NCBI GenBank assembly: GCA_951406725.2
Contig: OX597823.1
Location: forward strand, 42,532,001-42,596,000
DNA from: Octopus vulgaris
Taxonomy: Eukaryota
Direction of reading: 5' to 3'
DNA length: 64,000 nucleotides
Part shown: piece by piece, positions 14,822 to 28,150 of the stretch
How positions within the stretch are numbered: position 1 is the first letter of the stretch
How the letters are laid out: each line of letters begins with the position of its first letter
Program-made: the position numbers and the translations under genes
Notes under the pieces: model-generated
Told to the model about the DNA's origin: nothing
Database searches by the model: none
What the model saw: only the letters and a program-made list of their open reading frames with translations

Positions 14822-15158
14822 TGAAGACCCCCCTTCGGTCATGAATGATCATGGGATTGCATCTAGAAAGTTACCTTCCGAGGTACAAGTCCGGGTAAGG
14901 TTGTTTATGGAAGGCCAGCAGTCATCCCTGCCCACCAGCCTCCCCTCTCTACGCCACCAATGTTATCCAAGGGAAAGGCAAAGTTCGATACTGTTTGGCA
15001 CCTGTGACGTCGGAATTCATTTCTACATTTGACTTAACTGGAGCAACGTGAAATAAGGTGTCTTGCTCAAGAACACAACACTCAGCCCGGTTCGGGAATC
15101 GAACTCACAACCTCACAATCATAAGCTCGACGCTCTAACCACTGAGCAGTGCGCCTTC
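14822..15158 (-). mobile_element. SINE family C (tRNA-like head GAAGGCGC..GCTCAGTGGTTAGAGCG...GAGTTCGATTCCC)
   Basis: Clear A and B boxes on the minus strand; paralogs at 16360-16634 and 25038-25216. Confidence 0.85.
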
Positions 15159-15199
15159 ATTAAAAGTATGTTTCTGCGTGTGTGCGTGTGTGTGTGTGT

Positions 15200-15587
15200 A
15201 TACTTTTACATGTTTCAGTCATTTGACTGTGGCCATGCTGGAGCACCGCCTTTTGTACAGCAAATCGACCCTAGGACTTATTCTTTGTAAGCCTATTACT
15301 TAATCTATCAGCCTTTTGCCGAACTGCTAAGTTACGGGGATGTAAATGCACCAACATCGGTTGTCAAGCGATGTTGTTGGTGGGGAGGGACAAACACAGA
15401 CACACAAACACACAAACACTCACACACGACGGACTTCTTTCAGTTTCCATCTACCAAATCCACTCCCAAGGGTTTTGGTCGGCCCGAGGCTATAGTAGGA
15501 AACAATTGGCCAAGGTGCCACGCAGTAGGACTGAACCCGGAACCATGTGATTGGTTAGCAAGCTACGTACCACAAGGGCACTCCTCG
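15200..15587 (-). mobile_element. SINE family A
   Basis: Colinear with 9681-10127. Confidence 0.85.
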
Positions 15588-15644
15588 TATATCTGGAAAA
15601 AACCAAGCTAAATACCACTTAGCATTTCGCCTGGTGCGCTAACC

Positions 15645-15879
15645 TTCCTTATTTCTTTACTGCCCACAAGGGGCTACACACAGAGGGGACAAACAAGGAC
15701 ATACAAACGGATTAAGTCGATTTTATCGACCCCAGTTCGTAACTGGTACTTATTTAATCGACACTGAAAGGATGAAAGGCAAAGCCGACCTCGGCGGAAT
15801 TTGAACTCAGAACGTAGTGGCAGACGAAATACAGCTAAGCATTTCGCCAGGCGTGCTAACGTTTCTGCCAGCTCGCCGC
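15645..15879 (-). mobile_element. full-length SINE family B
   Basis: Minus strand GCGGCGAGCTGGCAGAAACGTTAGC...GAGTTCAAATTCCGCC...TAAAGAAATAAGG. Confidence 0.85.
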
Positions 15880-15947
15880 TTTCGTCTCTGTATATATTTT
15901 ATCTGTGTGTGTTAGAACATATATAATAGTATATATCGGTATATATA

Positions 15948-16278
15948 TACTCTCTTTACTCTTTACTCTTTTACTTGTTTCAGTCATTTGACTGCGGCCA
16001 TGCTGGAGCACCGCCTTTAGTCGAGCAAATCGACCCCGGGATTTATTCTTTGTAGCTAGAGGGTAAAACACAGACACACAAACATATACACACACACACT
16101 TATATATATATACATATATACGACAGGCTTCTTTCAATTTCCGTCTACCAAATCCACTCACAAGGCATTGGTAGGCCCGGGGCTATAGCAGAAGACACTT
16201 GCCCAAGATGTCACGCAGTGGGACTGAACCCGGAACCATGTGGTTGGTTAGCAAGCTACTTACCACACAGCCACTCCT
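15948..16278 (-). mobile_element. SINE family A with internal deletion
   Basis: Near-identical to 9681-10127 but lacks the segment between ttctttgta and ctaggggg. Confidence 0.85.
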
Positions 16279-16359
16279 TCATATATGTGTTTCGTGGGGA
16301 GGGAGCAAGTGGATTAAAATTATATATATACATACAAATATATTTTTGATTTGATTAGA

Positions 16360-16634
16360 TTTGACACCCTTCGGTCAGACACTGACCATGGGTTTGCACC
16401 AAGAGAGTTACCCTCTGAGGCACAAGTCTGGGCAAGGTTGTTTTATGGAAGACCAGCAGTCGCCCATGCATACCGGTCTCCCCTCTCCACGTCACCGATG
16501 TTGTCCAAGGGAAAGGCAAGGGCCGATACAGCTTGGCACCTGTGACGTCGCAATTCATTTCTACAGCTGGGATTCGAGCTCACAACCTCACGATCGTAAG
16601 CTCGACGCTCTAACCACTGAGCCACGCGCCTTCA
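16360..16634 (-). mobile_element. SINE family C with internal deletion
   Basis: Matches 14822-15158. Confidence 0.85.
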
Positions 16635-16947
16635 CATACATATATATATATATATATATATATCCACATAATCATGCACACACACACATGCACATATATA
16701 TACATACACATATAGATGTATGTATATTTGTACAGTATATATACATGAATATATATGTACATATATAAGTATATATATACATATATATACATATACACGT
16801 ACATTTATACATACGTTTGTGTTGTGTGTGTGTGTGTGTGTGCTTATGCATGTGTGTATATATGTGTATTGGCATTTGGTTATAAAGTCCTGCAGCCACT
16901 CTGATAATGTGTGTTTGGCATTGTATCAATTCAAAAGAAATGAACTA

Positions 16948-17139
16948 TCAAATTGTCTTATTGACTTTATAAACCAATGAAATAAATATATTTATAGATA
17001 TCCAACAAAGACACTCTATACCGATTTTTGATATCTCATTAGTAATGAATTCTTTCAATTGCGCAATTGTGGCCGCTATTTTTTGTGAAACACGAATTTT
17101 TAGACATCCTAATAAAAGAAACATGGGCTGAAGTTTCAT
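16948..17139 (-). pseudogene. Tc1/mariner-superfamily transposase C-terminal remnant
   Basis: LQPMFLLLGCLKIRV...TIAQLKEFITNEISKI resembles the post-third-D region (L.P.DF.LWG.LK..V....T...LK..I..EI..I). Confidence 0.5.
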
Positions 17140-17666
17140 TTATATTGAACTTCACATAAAATACCCTTGGTTCGTCATAAGATCGTTTGCGTGGTAAGAT
17201 TTGCTGAGGAAGGATATAAGGGGAAACGTGTGTCTCTTTATTAAAACTCAATGTTTGACGAAATTCTTTGTTGGTATCTATTGCAAAAGGTATAGAGCTA
17301 CTTGGAGACGAAACTGCCGAGAATTTGCATTGCATGTATATGGTTATATTATAGTGCGTATGAATGTATGTGTGTGTATGCGTCTGTACACAAACGCACA
17401 TATACACATTTCTAAATACATAGTGGATTGTGAAACAACACACGCCCACAAGAAAACCGAGCACGATCATGATGTAAGAAGCAGACAAACAAATAAATAT
17501 TATATGGAGTTAGATGTATAGATAAATCTGAAACTTGGTGGTAAAAGTGTAGAAAAGTAAAAATGAGGCAATAACATTCAAGGAAAGTATACAATGAAAA
17601 TAAAATGAGTATAAAGAAAATAATTGCATCAAATAAAAGGAACAGGAAAAGATCTAACGCTTCGGG

Positions 17667-17710
<44 letters not shown>

Positions 17711-17843
17711 TGCAGTACATTTTTACAATGTGCAGCTATAAATGTTTGTGACACAGTGTAGCTATACATTGCATAATAGGATGAATTATGTGCATATATA
17801 GAGAGTATGCTTACATGCACACACACACATATGTATGTATTTG

Positions 17844-17918
<75 letters not shown>

Positions 17919-17919
17919 G

Positions 17920-17962
<43 letters not shown>

Positions 17963-19789
17963 TTCAAAATTTGTAGAATTCTATTTGGCTCACGTTATTT
18001 CAGACGAATCGATCTGTGAATATTCAAATTTGACACTAGATGCATTGCTTTCATCCAATCTCGGAAGGCCACAAAGATCATTGATACCTCCTTTCTTCCT
18101 GCGGCTAAAGTTATGACTGAAAACCGTTTTACATTACGCTATGTATACAAGTTTAAAAACAAAACGTTGAATCGAATAATTTGAATTCATCTAGTTCGTA
18201 GATGTGAGGAAACCCTACAAAAATTAATAGCTTACATCTGTGTAACATTGAAATTGAAATATGTACGAGCGCTTTACTTTTTTTATAGTAGAATTCAGGA
18301 TCAAAATCATGTTAATATCAATGTAAACGTTGGCTACATACATGCTGCTGGCCTGTTCATATTCTTTCAAACATGTGAGCTTAGAACACGAATTGTCTGA
18401 AAAGAGAAAATATTTTCCGGCGACGAAATACTACAGCTCCTAGCATGCTCACATTCGAATCTGCCGCAGCGTATTAAGAATGAATACGTACATTATTACT
18501 TTGGTTCTGTATGTACGTTATGAATTATTAAAACTATTCTTAATTTTCCACTTACTTATATTCATTTTTCTATAGACAAACACAGTAATTCTCTATACAA
18601 TTTTCTCTTTCTCTGTAATTTTCAATTCGAAACTATCCCAAGATAAGATTCTCTATAAAGTTATAGTTCAATACATTGACAAAATCTGCAGTATGACTTT
18701 GTTGAGAAATGCATGTATCTGAGCTATAAGAAAATACACTGAAGTGTCCCTATTATAGCGTACAGCTGCATCTTGTGACAAACGTTTATAACAGTTCTCT
18801 GTAAAAACGTACAACAGCGCTGCAAATATGGAGACACAAACTCACGTCTTAATAATCATAAACCCCGCTTCTATCCATCTTAACATATTCATGATCCCTT
18901 TTTCTTGACAGAGATATGAAGGTTAAGCTTCTTATTTACTAATCTCTATCTAGCACCTACATGCATCCTGTCACATTTTGCCAACCTAATCTACCCCATA
19001 CTGGATTACAGGTGAGAAAAAGCTGATAAAAGCCTTCCATTACAGTTAAAACATTCCATGTCATGTAGTTAACAAAATGCTATAGCTTTTATAATCCGAT
19101 CCCCTTTCTCTTCTCTGTACAGGATGAAACCCCAACAGCAGCACCTAAAGTAGTTGCAGCACCAGCAGTCGCAGCAGTAATAACTGCAATAATTTGCAAG
19201 AATAAGAGATTTTAGGTTACCTCGATTTTCATTAAGATTTCTCGATTTTTTTATGCATATAAACTTTGTGTGTTATATTTCGTTGTTCATTAGTTCTACT
19301 GTAGTTTGTATACGTTTATCTGTGTGTCTCAATGTACATGTGTGTTTGTACATATGGTTGTGTGTATGTCTATGTGTATGTCTGTTTGCAGATAGTTTCA
19401 TGTATATGTGTACGCCAGTATGTCTGTGTGTGTGTATGTACGTGTGGAATTGTTGGATTTCTGTTATATCTTTCATTTTTTGATTATTTAAAAAAATTTC
19501 TTTCGTCGGGTTAATTTGGAAGATTTTGTAAGGTAGAGATATCAAGCTTCTTAAAGAACTTTCTTTCTTCTAAGCACTCCACGTCATTTACAATTTTTTT
19601 TTGTCTTGTCTTGCTTAGCTATTGTTTTTTTTTCTCTATATTTTAAAATTTATTTTGCTTTTCCATGTAAACCTATTTTCAAAAATAAGGCTGATAACAA
19701 GTGATACTATCTCATGCTATCGATGACTTCAATCAATGCATTAGAAAACTTATGGCAAAAATCAATGTATTCAATATACTTGAGAATTC

Positions 19790-20101
19790 TTGTTGTTGGT
19801 GGTGGTGTTATTGTTATTATCGTTATTATTGTTGTTATTATTCTCATCATCGTCATCGACGTCATCGTCACCATTACCACCACCAACACCACCGCCACCA
19901 CCACCACCACCACCACCGCCGCCACCGCCGCCACCGCCGCCACCGCCGCCACCACCACCACCACCGCCACCGCCGCCGCCACCACCACCAACAACAACCA
20001 CAACAACAACAATTCCACCATCACTAACACCACCTCCATCACCAACACCACCTCCATCACCAACAGCACCATCACCATCACCACTACCATCATCGTCGTC
20101 G

Positions 20102-20133
<32 letters not shown>
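19790..20133. repeat. compound trinucleotide array (GTT/TTA/CAT/CAC/CGC/CAA)n
   Basis: Directly visible; produces poly-P/H/T/G pseudo-ORFs in several frames. Confidence 0.95.
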
Positions 20134-20135
<2 letters not shown>

Positions 20136-21489
20136 TGGCGTCGTCCTAGTCTTCCCGGTCGACATTATCGTTCTGATCGCCATCGTAATCATCCTTTCAG
20201 TACACTGATTATTGCTGTGTACTTTCAATACCTTACGGAGAGCCACTCTACATATGTAAGGTGTACGCTATATTTTATGGCTTTTTATTTTACATTTATA
20301 TTTTTCCATGCAATTATTGATATTTTTTCCCAGTAGAGCTATGTCTTGTGTATTCTGTATGTGGAAGATCCGGCATCTAATTTTTTTTTTTATATAGAAA
20401 TAATTTTCTGTATATTCTTGAGTGTGTCATATTAGTATTCCTATCATCCTATTGTTTTTCTTCTTCATGATCCAATTTCGAAACAGTTTTGTATCGCTTA
20501 CTCTCTCCACCAACAATGCCCTCCCTCGTCACTCTAGTTAGTCTTAGTGCTGGAACATTTGTTATAGAGACTGGAGATTTTTAGGGATATCCCGCTCGAA
20601 CTGGAAGCCAAGAGAGCCGTGTCTGCATCGGTGGACGATGTCGCCAGCTTGATGTGGAACGTTCAAGGTTTTTGGTACTATTCTGGAAGAGTTGTAATTC
20701 GTAACGTGTGATAGATTTAAACGTGAAAAATCGGTATGTTTACTTAGGGAGAGAAATGTATGGAACGGTGGTACAACGGACATGTGATTAGAATGTTTCG
20801 AGAAAGAATCGCAAGACGGATTCTTCAAGCAGAGCCAACCAGTAGGAGACCCGGGGTGGTGGTGGATAATATCTATTGTCTCAGTTAGTCATGCTTGCGA
20901 ATCCAACCATATGGAGGGATGGTGTCTGAGGATTCGACCACGACGACTCCCACCCCACCCACAAAGAATTAGGCAGAGAAAATGATGAATGGGTGAACGG
21001 AGGCCTCCCTTGTTTTTCCTGAAAAAACTTTAATTTAAGAACTCCTGAAAGTATTAGTTTTTACTCATGTTTTAGTTGGATTAAATCTTAAGAAAAGAAA
21101 ATGAATCTTCTGTCTCTTTGCCTGACAATTTTATCGAAGGGTAAGATAAAAAGTGTGATTCTTATGCCCACCGATAAGTGTTGCTGTTTTCTTTTGTTTC
21201 TCCTGTATTGAGAAATATATATTTTTCGTTATATGTATGAAAGCATAGTATTGTGTACATATATAAGTCCTCAAGTTTTAATTTTTAACTGCATTTTTAA
21301 AAGAGTTCCCAAGGCGACAATTATTATGGATATCGTTTTCAATACTCACGTTCTAATCTCTAATTTTAGATCATTAAATATGGATAACTTCTACACTTCC
21401 TTTAAGCATACATAATCGTCTGTTAGGATTGATAAAACTTATCAATAGAGACTTCCTGTCCTGATGGTCTTTAACGACAATATCTGATC

Positions 21490-21903
21490 TGTAGTAAAGA
21501 TTGTTTGCCAACATAATATGGCAGTCCTGGCTTAGGACTAATGTTGCTGTAATTTAGCCCCAGGAGACATCTCACGTTGTGAGATTACAAAATAGTAATT
21601 TTCTAATTTATAAATCAGCGACTAGTTGTCACTTTGAAAACGATATATTTCGAACGGGGATTTGGCAGCGCTACCACTAGCCCAACAATTATTCTGTGCG
21701 GATGAAGGAAATAACCCAGAAGTCGCGATACACAGATATTGCTTTGAGCAGGGTGGGGATACTAGATTCCCTTGTTCGAAAATCTAAGGACACGGATCGT
21801 GTCGTATAGCCAGCTGGAGACGATGTCTCCTGGGGCTAAATTACAGCAACATTAGTCCTAAACCAGGACTGCCATATTATGTTGGCAACCAATCTTTACT
21901 ACA
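21490..21903 (+). mobile_element. Penelope-like element remnant: 82-bp inverted repeats enclosing a degenerate hammerhead motif
   Basis: 21490-21571 is the reverse complement of 21822-21903 (2 mismatches); hammerhead-like motif at 21693-21736. Confidence 0.55.
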
Positions 21904-22029
21904 AAGTACTGTTGCTGAATATCTCGCGTTGTGAGATTAGAAAATAGTAATTTTCTAATATTTGATCTGTTTTAATCCCCTTGTTTCTGTGAATTGTCAT
22001 ATCCTTTTCTAGTGAACATTTATAACATT

Positions 22030-22350
22030 ACACTCATGTTGGACTTTATCAAACTAGTTCGTGTAATCAACCTAGACACATGATAGCTTCTTCCTGCATA
22101 CCTTTTTTTCCACTCAGTACCATTATATTAATAAGGAACTAGTCAGTTGTTTCCTAAGTCTTAAACACAGACCTTTTTGCTCAATGTGAATAACATGATC
22201 ATAATCTAAACTGTAGATTATGATAATTTTAGATTCTAAAGGCTAGATCATCATACTGGACAATATTTAGAAAACATATAGTTCTGGTAGTTAGATGAGA
22301 CTTCGTTTACCAGCTTTGTCTTTCCAGTAAGAAGCTGCCATCCATTTATT
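22030..22350 (-). pseudogene. highly decayed R4/Dong-type non-LTR reverse transcriptase
   Basis: Minus-strand pieces W.LLTGKTKL, IEQKG, LINIMVL and KLSCV*VDYTN*FDKVQHE occur in the order of the R4/Dong motifs W..G.T.L / EQKG / LLID..IL / NLSMAWIDYKKAFDSVPH. Confidence 0.55.
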
Positions 22351-23459
22351 TTCCTATTCTTCTAGCGTGTACTGAAAGTTGATATATCTGGCTGTGCAAT
22401 ATGTCAAAATAAAAATTGACTAGTGATTTTACATGTTAGAAAAGCTAAGGCTTTTCCTGTTAGCAAATTTGTTCAGAATAAACCTCAGATCACATATTAT
22501 ACTACTCACGTGGTTGATAGCTGTTTTAATTTCTTCACCTCGAAACATCAGCTATTTTTGTTGTATTAAAATTTCTTTTCAAAAATGGGCTTCCATACTA
22601 TTTCTAGGTTTTCTTTAATAATATCTTATCGTATTATAATTTCCTATCATTTGTCCTTCTTTAGAGACTTCAGGGGATTATTTTCAAAAATCTAGTTCTG
22701 AAAGCCAGCACTGTTCAATAATTCTCTACTTTTTCAAATCTTTTAGCTAATCCGAATATTCTTTGTTTCAAGGATATAACCGTTTTTGCTAATTTCCTAC
22801 ATTATCCTTACTTAGTACAGAATCCTTTTTTTTTTATGGAAGGATTATCTTGTAACATCTAGGTTATCTTATTTGTTTCGTTGCGCAAGTTACCTATGCT
22901 ATGTTCAATTTAGCCTTCCAGTATTCTATTCTATGCTGGTGATTTCTATCTCCTGTAAAAAGACACTGTTTATTTAACCCCGCACTTTCAATTGCTTAGA
23001 GAATACATTCAGAGATAAGGCAATTTCACTTATATCAGTAAAATTTAAACATCTTGTGATGTCAAATTTCCCTATTACAATGCTTATAACAGCTTTTATT
23101 CTTCGTTGATCAAGAGTTCTTTTTTATTTATATTTATTGGCATCTGTACTTTGTTGATAACATTCAAACATCCTTAGAGTTTTGTGAAAGAGTTGTTTTT
23201 GTTCTTTCACATAGGTTATCATTGTTGTTGTTGTTGTAACTGTTGTTGTTGTAACTAGGTGGCTTCTTAGTGGAAAAGCAAAAATTGTTATAAAAAAGAG
23301 CAAGGAATATCTCATCTAGCTATTGACATTAAGCCTTTCTGCCGAAGGACTGTCAGATATTTATTGCTGTCTCTAATAACACCCAACTAGTCTTCATTTT
23401 GCTCTATACTTGCTGCTCCTAATTTGGCTAGAAATACTATTACTATGGTAATCCATCGG

Positions 23460-23742
23460 TGTCCGACGATGACAAAAGATTTTGGGGCTTCAGCGTTAGT
23501 CTTTTGTCTGGATTGAGGTGGACGCTGTCCTGTGACGTCTGATGTTGCTTATGAGGCTAGAAACCTCCACGTTGATCTGTCTGCGGCAGAGGCTTCAAGT
23601 TCGCGTGGACTAATGTCGCTCCATTTGAGATCTTTTCAGGATGTCCTTACACCTCTGTTTAGTCCTTCCTTGTTTGCGTAACCCCTGTGTGAGCTCGCTG
23701 TACAGAAGCTGTCAGAATATATGGCTGTCAGTCATTCTGTTG
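23460..23742 (-). mobile_element. decayed RTE LINE 3' fragment
   Basis: Minus strand RMTDSHIF*QLLYSELTQGLRKQGRTKQRCKDIL...LEASAADRSTWR. Confidence 0.8.
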
Positions 23743-24094
23743 CTGTGATTAGAAATAAAAAAAACTAGAGAATTTAGATAGAGGAAGAACTAGATTCATC
23801 TATTGCCATTTTCTCATTATTGTCGACGTGAAATCACAGCAGAAAGTTTCCTTAATGACATGTCAATTTAGGAGAAACTCTTGATTCTTGGGATTGCTTC
23901 GCCGTCTCGTTTCGTGTTGTTCAGAATTATAACAAGGCATTTGTTTACTCTTCTTCGATGTGACGCTAATTCCAGTAAATCAAAAATCTATTTTGTTTAG
24001 TATTCAATATACCACAATATATGATTATAGCTCATATTCATGTCACTGGCATGAGCTGAGTTATTTCTCTTAGTTCGGTTTCGTTTAAATTATA

Positions 24095-24265
24095 CATGGG
24101 CACAGGTGTGGCTGTGTGAGAAGAAGTTTGTTTCCTAACAACATAGTTCTGGGTTCAGTCCCACTGCGTTGTACCTTGGGCAAGTGTCTTCTAGTAGAGC
24201 CTCGGGTTCAAAAAAGCCTTGTGAGTGGATTTGGTAGATAGAAACTGAAAGAAGCCCGTTGTATA
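24095..24265 (+). mobile_element. SINE family A, 5' half
   Basis: gggcacaggtgtggctgtgtg...gggttcagtcccactgcg...gtgagtggatttggtaga. Confidence 0.8.
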
Positions 24266-24347
24266 TATATATATACACACACATACATACATACATATAT
24301 ACATATATATACATATACATACATACATATATATATATATACACACA

Positions 24348-24422
<75 letters not shown>

Positions 24423-24423
24423 A

Positions 24424-24614
24424 TAGTTGAAATTTATAGGAAAACAAAAGACGAAGACAGGTGTATGAAAAGCAAGCAAGTGTATTAGGTTGACGCTCGG
24501 GAAATATAGTAGTCTTTTACTTTTCTAGCAGACGCTCTTCAACAGAAAGAAATAAGAGAAAATAAACAGAGAGAGAATGAAAAAAACTTGTAGATTTCAG
24601 CGGTTCAGAATGGC

Positions 24615-24617
<3 letters not shown>
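24424..24617 (-). mobile_element. Penelope-like terminal fragment, degenerate paralog of 57807-58015
   Basis: Shared aacaaaagacgaag.caggtg...gtattag...gacgctc.gga...gtcttttac...cgctcttcaacagaaaga...atggcg; flanked by (TA)n. Confidence 0.55.
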
Positions 24618-24662
<45 letters not shown>

Positions 24663-24972
24663 ATAAATGACAGAGAAATAGCTTGATGAGTATTTTATTT
24701 AACCATGAGAAAAATTGTAATATCACGAGAAATTGTTTCGTAGCGTAATAAAATAATGTATATTATTCAATAATATATAAATTATTTACAGGTTTTTCAG
24801 TTACAAAATAACGTTGCGATATTAGAATTTTCTCAGTATTAAATGAAATTTCATCAAATTATTTCTCTGCCATTTCTGACTTTATACACTCCTTATGGTT
24901 TTCTCTTGAATCGTATGATATATTCTATGTATTTTTAGGAATACTATTGGATTAGTTGAATCCATATATTGT

Positions 24973-25009
<37 letters not shown>

Positions 25010-25037
25010 TAGATAGATAGATATACATATATATTGT

Positions 25038-25217
25038 TGAGACCCCCTTCGGTCATGACTGACCATGGGATTGCACCTAGAAAGCTACCTTTCCGGGCAA
25101 GGTTGTTTATGGAAAACCAGCAGCCGCCCATGCTTACTAGCCTCCCCTCTCCACGCCACCAGTGTTATCCAAGGGAAAGACAAAGGGGCCGATACAGCTT
25201 GGCACCTGTGACGTCGA

Positions 25218-25254
<37 letters not shown>

Positions 25255-25555
25255 CATATAAATATGCACCACGCATACATACATACAGACAAACAAACAA
25301 ACAGAATACAAACATGTGTGTGTGAGAGAGAGTATCTTTGTGTCTGTGTCTGTCCTCCATCACAGCTTGACAACTGGTGTTCGTGTGTTTGTGTTTACGT
25401 ACCCCATAACTTTGTGGTTCAGCAAAACACACCGATAGAACAAGCCCTAGGCTTAAAAGAAAATAAGTACTGGGACCGATTAGTTCGACTAAAATTCCTC
25501 AAGGCCGGTGCCCCAGCATGGCCGCAATCTAATGACTAAAACAAGTAAACGATAA
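25038..25555. mobile_element. family C SINE 3' part (-, 25038-25216) and family A SINE 3' part (+, ~25330-25555)
   Basis: Similarity to other copies in the window. Confidence 0.75.
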
Positions 25556-25940
25556 GCAATAAATGACCCGATGCCTTAAATGTTTCCTTCTCTCTTTCTA
25601 TAAGTCTAATAACCTCGTCTACTGGAATCTAGGTCGAATAACTATCGTGCTGAAGACGTCTACTGAGTCAGAGACACAGAGCTACAGCTGTTCTCTTGCC
25701 TCCAGACAATCAAATTGTCTTTACATTAATAACGTGTAAATATCATAAAATTCTTGAGTCTAGAGGTTATCTCCCTTTCTCATTTCTAGTTGTCGCAATT
25801 GTCACAAGACATCTGTTCGTGTTTCATTCGAAGAGAAATTCATTTCAATATAACAGGTTTTTATCGTGTATGTTATTTCATAAAACTTTATTTGTCTTCA
25901 CTTTTCGTGTTCTTGCCCCTGGCCATTTTTCTTAGCTGAT

Positions 25941-25983
<43 letters not shown>

Positions 25984-26031
25984 CACATATACACACATAT
26001 TCATACATACACAGATACTGTTATATGTGAG

Positions 26032-26073
<42 letters not shown>

Positions 26074-27382
26074 GTGTGTGTGTGTAATCTATCTATTTAT
26101 CTCTCTCCTTCCCCTGTCTAACCCTCTCCCTTCCCTGTCTATTCCTCTCTTCTCTCTTTCCATCCCCTCTTTCTCACCCTCTCTCTATATATATTATGTA
26201 CATATATGGATATGCATGTATGTATGTATGTATGTATGTATGTATGTATGTATGTATGTATGTATGTATGTATGTATGTATGTATGTATGGTCGAATCAA
26301 AGTAGAGAGAGCAGTATACATAGTCTTTATTAAAGCCTCCAATATAAGAGGGAAGATGTTAGGAAGCTGTTCTGACAAGAGAGGAAATCAAAAGACTTGT
26401 AACAGAGAGAGAACCGCTCTCTCTGATGGCAGTGTTAAACTGATCGTCGAGTTAAGACATCCATCCTGAAAACAGAATTGGTGTCTCCTATGTACTTCCA
26501 TACAATTTTCCTTCTCACACAAGTCCTGAGTCTACACTTGGTTACCATAGGAGACATTTGCACAAAGTGATGCAGAGTTAGAATGAACCAGAAATCACGA
26601 AATTGCGAAACGAGCTTCTGAACTGCACAACCATACTTCTGTTCATAGGCTGATTTTTTCTTAAAAGATTAACTTGTCTGCAACCATCAAATATACATCA
26701 GTTTCACTTTTAAGCCTTCCATTTCCAAATCACACATCACTTTTTACATAGTTCAGTTATTTCTGAATTATCAGATATTAGTGATCTAGTAACTTCATTT
26801 TCGATGCCATATTAACAACAACTGTTTGTACTATTTTCGATAGCAACTATCTTTTGGTAATTTTATATGTGGAAGACCTATATCTCAATGTTTGCGCTCT
26901 TAATGACAGCTTGTAAGTGCTGATCTCTAAATTATTTCACAGCTTACCTTGTTTATGTTGAAGTTTTTTTCTCTCTATTCTTGTTACATGACTTAAATAT
27001 TACTATAACTTCTAAATGAAAGATCTAAAATGTTGATACATAACATAGTTTTCTTATTTTAAAAAATGTTTAGTTTTTACTATTAATTTGGTCACTTATA
27101 ATTTTCTTTCATTTGCAAATGATGTATTCTGTTTAATTCACCAACTTCTAAAGTTTTTCGTTAATGAAATTCGCACTTGCTTTAGAAAGGGTTTCCTGTT
27201 TTTTTTTCTTTTACACTTTTCTAAGAAAAGTTGAAATTTCTCACACCAGTATAGAAACCATTTGTATATTGAACGTTATAGAGAGATAGATATACTATCT
27301 CTCAGTAACTCTCAATAAATAGATGGTTGTCGTCCATATGCAAAATAAATAAATAAGATAAACGAAGAAATAAATATTTAAC

Positions 27383-28150
27383 AGGTGCAGGCAGAGGTGT
27401 ATAGTTAAGAAGCTCATTGTACAACCATGTGGTTTCTGGTTCAGTCGCGCTGTGCAGCAACTTAGGTAAGTGTCTTTTACTATAGCCCCGAACCGACTAA
27501 TGCCTTGTGAGTCTGGTCGGCGAAAACTGTGTGGAAGACCGTGTGTATTTGAGTGTTTATGCGTGTTTATTTGTGTGTATGTGTACGCATAACTTTGTTT
27601 CCTCACCACCGCTTGACAGTCAGTGTTGGTTTGTTCATTAGAGAATCTGCTTCTTACTTATCTTCTTTCTCTCTCCCCATCCTTCTCCTCGTCGTCCTCT
27701 TCATCACCGTTATAACTAACACTGTTACTGTTGTTGTTAACATAGGTTTCAAAAGTTGACACAAGACCAGCAAGTCCAGGGGGGCGGGGGAGTCGATTAC
27801 TACAACCCCAGTACTCAACTGGTGCTTGTTTTATCGACCACGAAAGGATGAAAAGTAAAGTCGACCATAGCGGAATTTGAACTCGAACATAAAGACGAGC
27901 AAAGTGTCTCTAAGCATTTTGCCCGGTGTGCCAATGACTGCCAACATGCAGCCATAGTGTTGTTGTTGGTACAAAGCCAGCAAGTTCGGGGGAGGGCGTA
28001 AGTCGATTACATCCACTTCAGTGTACCTATTTTATCGACACCGAAAGGGTGAAAGGCAAAGTGGACCTAAGCGGAATTGAAATTCAGAAAGTAAAGAGGG
28101 ATGAAATGCCACTAAGCATTTTTCGCGGAGTACTAACGATTCTGTCAATG
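27383..28150. mobile_element. SINE cluster: family A (+, ~27383-27640) and two family B (-, ~27745-27950 and ~27965-28150)
   Basis: Similarity to other copies in the window. Confidence 0.7.

Noticed and set aside
16565-16634. tRNA gene
   Set aside because: tRNA-like head of a SINE that continues into SINE body sequence; no proper acceptor stem.
19701-20246. Poly-Pro/His/Thr/Gly ORFs resembling formin or mucin segments
   Set aside because: Open in most frames because of trinucleotide repeats; no domain or splice support.
20845-21000. HDV-like ribozyme on the minus strand (CTCAG...ACTAA-CTGAG)
   Set aside because: P2 and J4/2-like pieces are present, but P3/P1.1 could not be formed.
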